From the NCBI GenBank assembly GCA_051599415.1, contig AP039715.1, positions 372,001-436,000 on the forward strand: a stretch of DNA of 64,000 bases, in the 5' to 3' direction. Positions 61,468-64,000 of this stretch are shown piece after piece. How positions within the stretch are numbered: the stretch's first letter is position 1; the number at the start of each line of letters is the position of its first letter. A program made the position numbers and the translations under genes. The notes under the pieces were generated by a model. That model was not told the origin of the DNA. It saw nothing but the letters and a program-made list of their open reading frames with translations, and did not search any database. Source of the stretch: Savitreella phatthalungensis (lineage: Eukaryota).

Positions 61468-62295
61468 GCACGAGCCAGTGGGTATGACGCGAAAAGTGAT
61501 CAGCCGAGAGTGCACACGGCAACAAACAACCTCGGGACTGGCACTACCGCGTAATCAGTTTCAAGCCAGCGTATCGGCAATCCGAACTGCGTGTGATGGC
61601 ACGACAAGATGGTTGCCAGCTCGATGAAGTCGAAGCTAATGTTGCCACGATGCGGCACGCTCATGTCACATCTCTGCAGTCCTTTCGTATGTGGAGGGAA
61701 TCCGAATAATAGTCACTACGTCATTCTGCTTCCTGGCTGATCGCAGATGACCACTGAAATCAACGCGAACCACGCAGCAGTGCAGGAATTCGCTCGAAAT
61801 CATCACTGGATTTGGGTCAGGTCGGCAGACACAACATGAATCATGACAACTGCTTCTTGTCTTGTTCACATATCAGAATTAAACGAACGGTTCTGAATAC
61901 AAAGAACATTAAGGGGGATTGTCAACTAAATTGAATTTACATCTTGATTTGGTGCCAAATGGATTACACGTCGTGATCAGCAAATCCATGCTCTCGATGT
62001 TTGACACGCCAGCAGTACTCCGCTACCTAAGAATAGAAACACGGGAGGTGCCAAGATCTCTGTGTTTAACACAACTTAACAGAAAAAGCAGTGTGGGCGC
62101 GCTTCTTGCACGACGACCGAGGGACAAATGACCTGAAAAGCTAACGCCCGAGTTTCTGCTTGTCGAAAGCCGAACGCGCTTTGCAGACAGCGCCGACACG
62201 CCGATATGCTCAGAACGGTCTCACATCTCGACGCATCTTGAGCTCTTGTTTATCCGGTTTGAATAGTCCTGTATTTCCCACGAGTTGAGTTCGAG

Positions 62296-64000
62296 ATGAG
62301 GTCTGTTGAACAGAAAGCTATTCCAACTCATCCAGAATGCCGCGCAAATCGAGCTTCTGCTGTACATGAGAAGTCGCTGCGTGCCACGGAACTCGCTCGC
62401 CAGGATACGGTGTTTCTTCAGGAAAGACTACAGAGTTTGAGTTGTCAAGCTTTTGCAGCTGAATCGGATCATGCGAGTCTGTCGATGTATCCAGGATACA
62501 GAACCTCAAGCAGTGTCGACACCGGCCTTGCAGAGAGCCTTCTACCGAAAGCGACCAGGCGGCCTTCAGAAGAGCTGCCTGAACAGTACGGATGTCAGCA
62601 ACAGGCACAGGGAGGTCAGAGCTTACAATCGGTCGGCAAGACCAATCCGAGACGCCCGACACGTAAGCCTGTCGGCCTCAACCGAATGGACGCTGTTCGG
62701 CCGTTTTCTCCACTTTACTTCTCCAGCTTTACGCCTGAGCCCGCCCGTCTTGCTGTGCTTCGCAGGGGTCGTGAGATCAGATCCGTTGATCCTCAATTGG
62801 ACCACTCCTCCTCTTCAGGTATCAAAGGACAGTCACAAGTTGTACCCTTCGGCCAGATTGCTCGAATACACGCGCTCCCGACTCCGGAAGAATTTCGCAG
62901 GGAGCTACTTGGGCAGAGTCTCCGTGCTCCTTCTTCACCAAGTCTCGATCAGCGAAGCACCTCTTTGCAGGCCAGTCCTTCCTCAGTCGCCAGTTCGCAG
63001 TTACGTGTCGCAGTACCACCCGGCTTTTCGGATAGCTTGTTGACATCACCGACTCCACCGTCGTGGTCTGCGAGCGAGGCGCGCAAACGCTCGCCGCCGT
63101 ACGATCAGACGAAGGGAGGTCTCAGCGAAGGGAGTCCTCCGTCAAGGGAGAAGGATCTTGCAGAATCGTCGCATACTGAACCCCAGAATCAAAGCTGCCG
63201 AACATCCAATGACCCATCCGGAGTTCCCGCTGCATCGCAACTATCCATACAGCAGCTGGCGTGCAGTGCTGCACGTCCTCCTTCTCCCATCTTGGAGAAC
63301 GAGCTCTTGCATACGGTCAAGCATTTGCCTGAACGACCAGTCTTCTGTCCGCCGTCCTCGACAGAGGGTCGCTTCCAGCCGTCGATCTTGGTCAAGACAT
63401 CGAAATTGCGGTTGAGGCTTCTGCTTGCTGAACAGACCGTCGTGGCCGGAGCCGAGGTCTTCGGTCATTTCAATGTGGTCTTTGATGAGGGACTGCGTGC
63501 CAAGCTCGGGAGTACTGAAGTACTGATTGGTGAAATTGGAGTCGAGCTCATTGGATTTGAGGAGACTCAGAGGACTAATGATGGACACGAGGATCACGCT
63601 TTCACGTTCTTGTACACAAAACAGCTCTTTCAGAGACGCGCGGAAGTGCATCCTGTTATGGCTGCCAGCTCTCAAATCCTGACGGACGCGGTGACCGCAA
63701 ATCCGCCTCCCGACGGAGACGGGTTTTGGCGACCCACGAGAGGTACCACATCATTTCCATTTTCATTTGCTGTTCCGAGGGATTGCACCTCGAGCGGGAA
63801 CTTCGGTCTTTGCAGCGTCCGATACGCCGTCACTGCATTCGTTCATTGTAAGCTGCAAGGTAACGTCGAGACCATAGCTGTGACGGAGGAAGTGCGCATT
63901 TGCGAGCTGTGGGACAAGGGCAATCCGGCATATGATCAGGTCAGCTACGGTAGAGTCGGCCGTCCGATCGCGAATTACGAAGAAGTCTTCATCGAAGCTT
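62296..64000 (+). CDS. Arrestin-like (arrestin-N fold) protein with a long disordered N-terminus; runs off the window edge
   Basis: Not in the ORF track; hand translation is stop-free from the ATG at 62296 to the edge. From about 63390 there is a beta-sandwich pattern: 'LRLRLLLAEQTVVAGAEVFGHFNV...IGEIGVELIGFEE...DGFWRPTRGTTSFPFSFAVP...SVRYAVTAFV'. Confidence 0.8.
   Translation, partial: MRSVEQKAIPTHPECRANRASAVHEKSLRATELARQDTVFLQERLQSLSCQAFAAESDHASLSMYPGYRTSSSVDTGLAESLLPKATRRPSEELPEQYGCQQQAQGGQSLQSVGKTNPRRPTRKPVGLNRMDAVRPFSPLYFSSFTPEPARLAVLRRGREIRSVDPQLDHSSSSGIKGQSQVVPFGQIARIHALPTPEEFRRELLGQSLRAPSSPSLDQRSTSLQASPSSVASSQLRVAVPPGFSDSLLTSPTPPSWSASEARKRSPPYDQTKGGLSEGSPPSREKDLAESSHTEPQNQSCRTSNDPSGVPAASQLSIQQLACSAARPPSPILENELLHTVKHLPERPVFCPPSSTEGRFQPSILVKTSKLRLRLLLAEQTVVAGAEVFGHFNVVFDEGLRAKLGSTEVLIGEIGVELIGFEETQRTNDGHEDHAFTFLYTKQLFQRRAEVHPVMAASSQILTDAVTANPPPDGDGFWRPTRGTTSFPFSFAVPRDCTSSGNFGLCSVRYAVTAFVHCKLQGNVETIAVTEEVRICELWDKGNPAYDQVSYGRVGRPIANYEEVFIEA

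Noticed and set aside
61720..61745. TCAG..GGAAGCAG on the minus strand resembling SRP RNA helix 8
   Set aside because: Spacing is too short, with no GNRA-capped helix and no Alu-domain motif nearby.
1..64000. Transposons, CRISPR arrays, prokaryotic defence systems, secondary-metabolite clusters
   Set aside because: I saw no transposase/RT/integrase motifs, terminal repeats, repeat-spacer arrays or PKS/NRPS genes; the recognisable genes are eukaryotic housekeeping genes.

Overview
A gene-dense, intron-poor fungal (ascomycete) chromosomal segment with 27 supportable protein-coding genes. I found no mobile element, tRNA/rRNA gene or CRISPR array. The gene set (Pol delta p12/Cdm1, UVDE, Rad7/Rad16, GT15 mannosyltransferase, stand-alone UDP-Glc 4-epimerase) and only three recognisable short introns suggest a Taphrinomycotina-like yeast (inference). 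Gene order: PPG1 (partial), novel-domain/Nudix fusion, RecA-like orphan, CDM1/POLD4, KRE2-family, RAD16 head-to-head with RAD7, MTC5/SEA3, OCIA-like membrane protein, CDC11/NUD1, SAL1, cyclin C, TRP/Yvc1-like channel, BOL2, VPS11, UGE1, Rho4-like, LCB3, PPR protein, TFB4, ELP4, DUF866, orphan, UBA2, COX19, UVE1, arrestin-like (partial). The strongest leads are: (1) an unannotated protein resembling animal OCIAD1/Asrij; (2) a divergent RAD16-RAD7 pair in a window rich in UV/DNA-repair genes, including two orphans with Rad51-related signatures; (3) a small conserved domain fused to a thiamine-related Nudix hydrolase; (4) UVE1 with tandem in-frame ATGs suggesting mitochondrial and nuclear isoforms; (5) large insertions or extensions in Rho4, cyclin C and two RING fingers. 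All family assignments come from motif recognition by eye; no searches were run.
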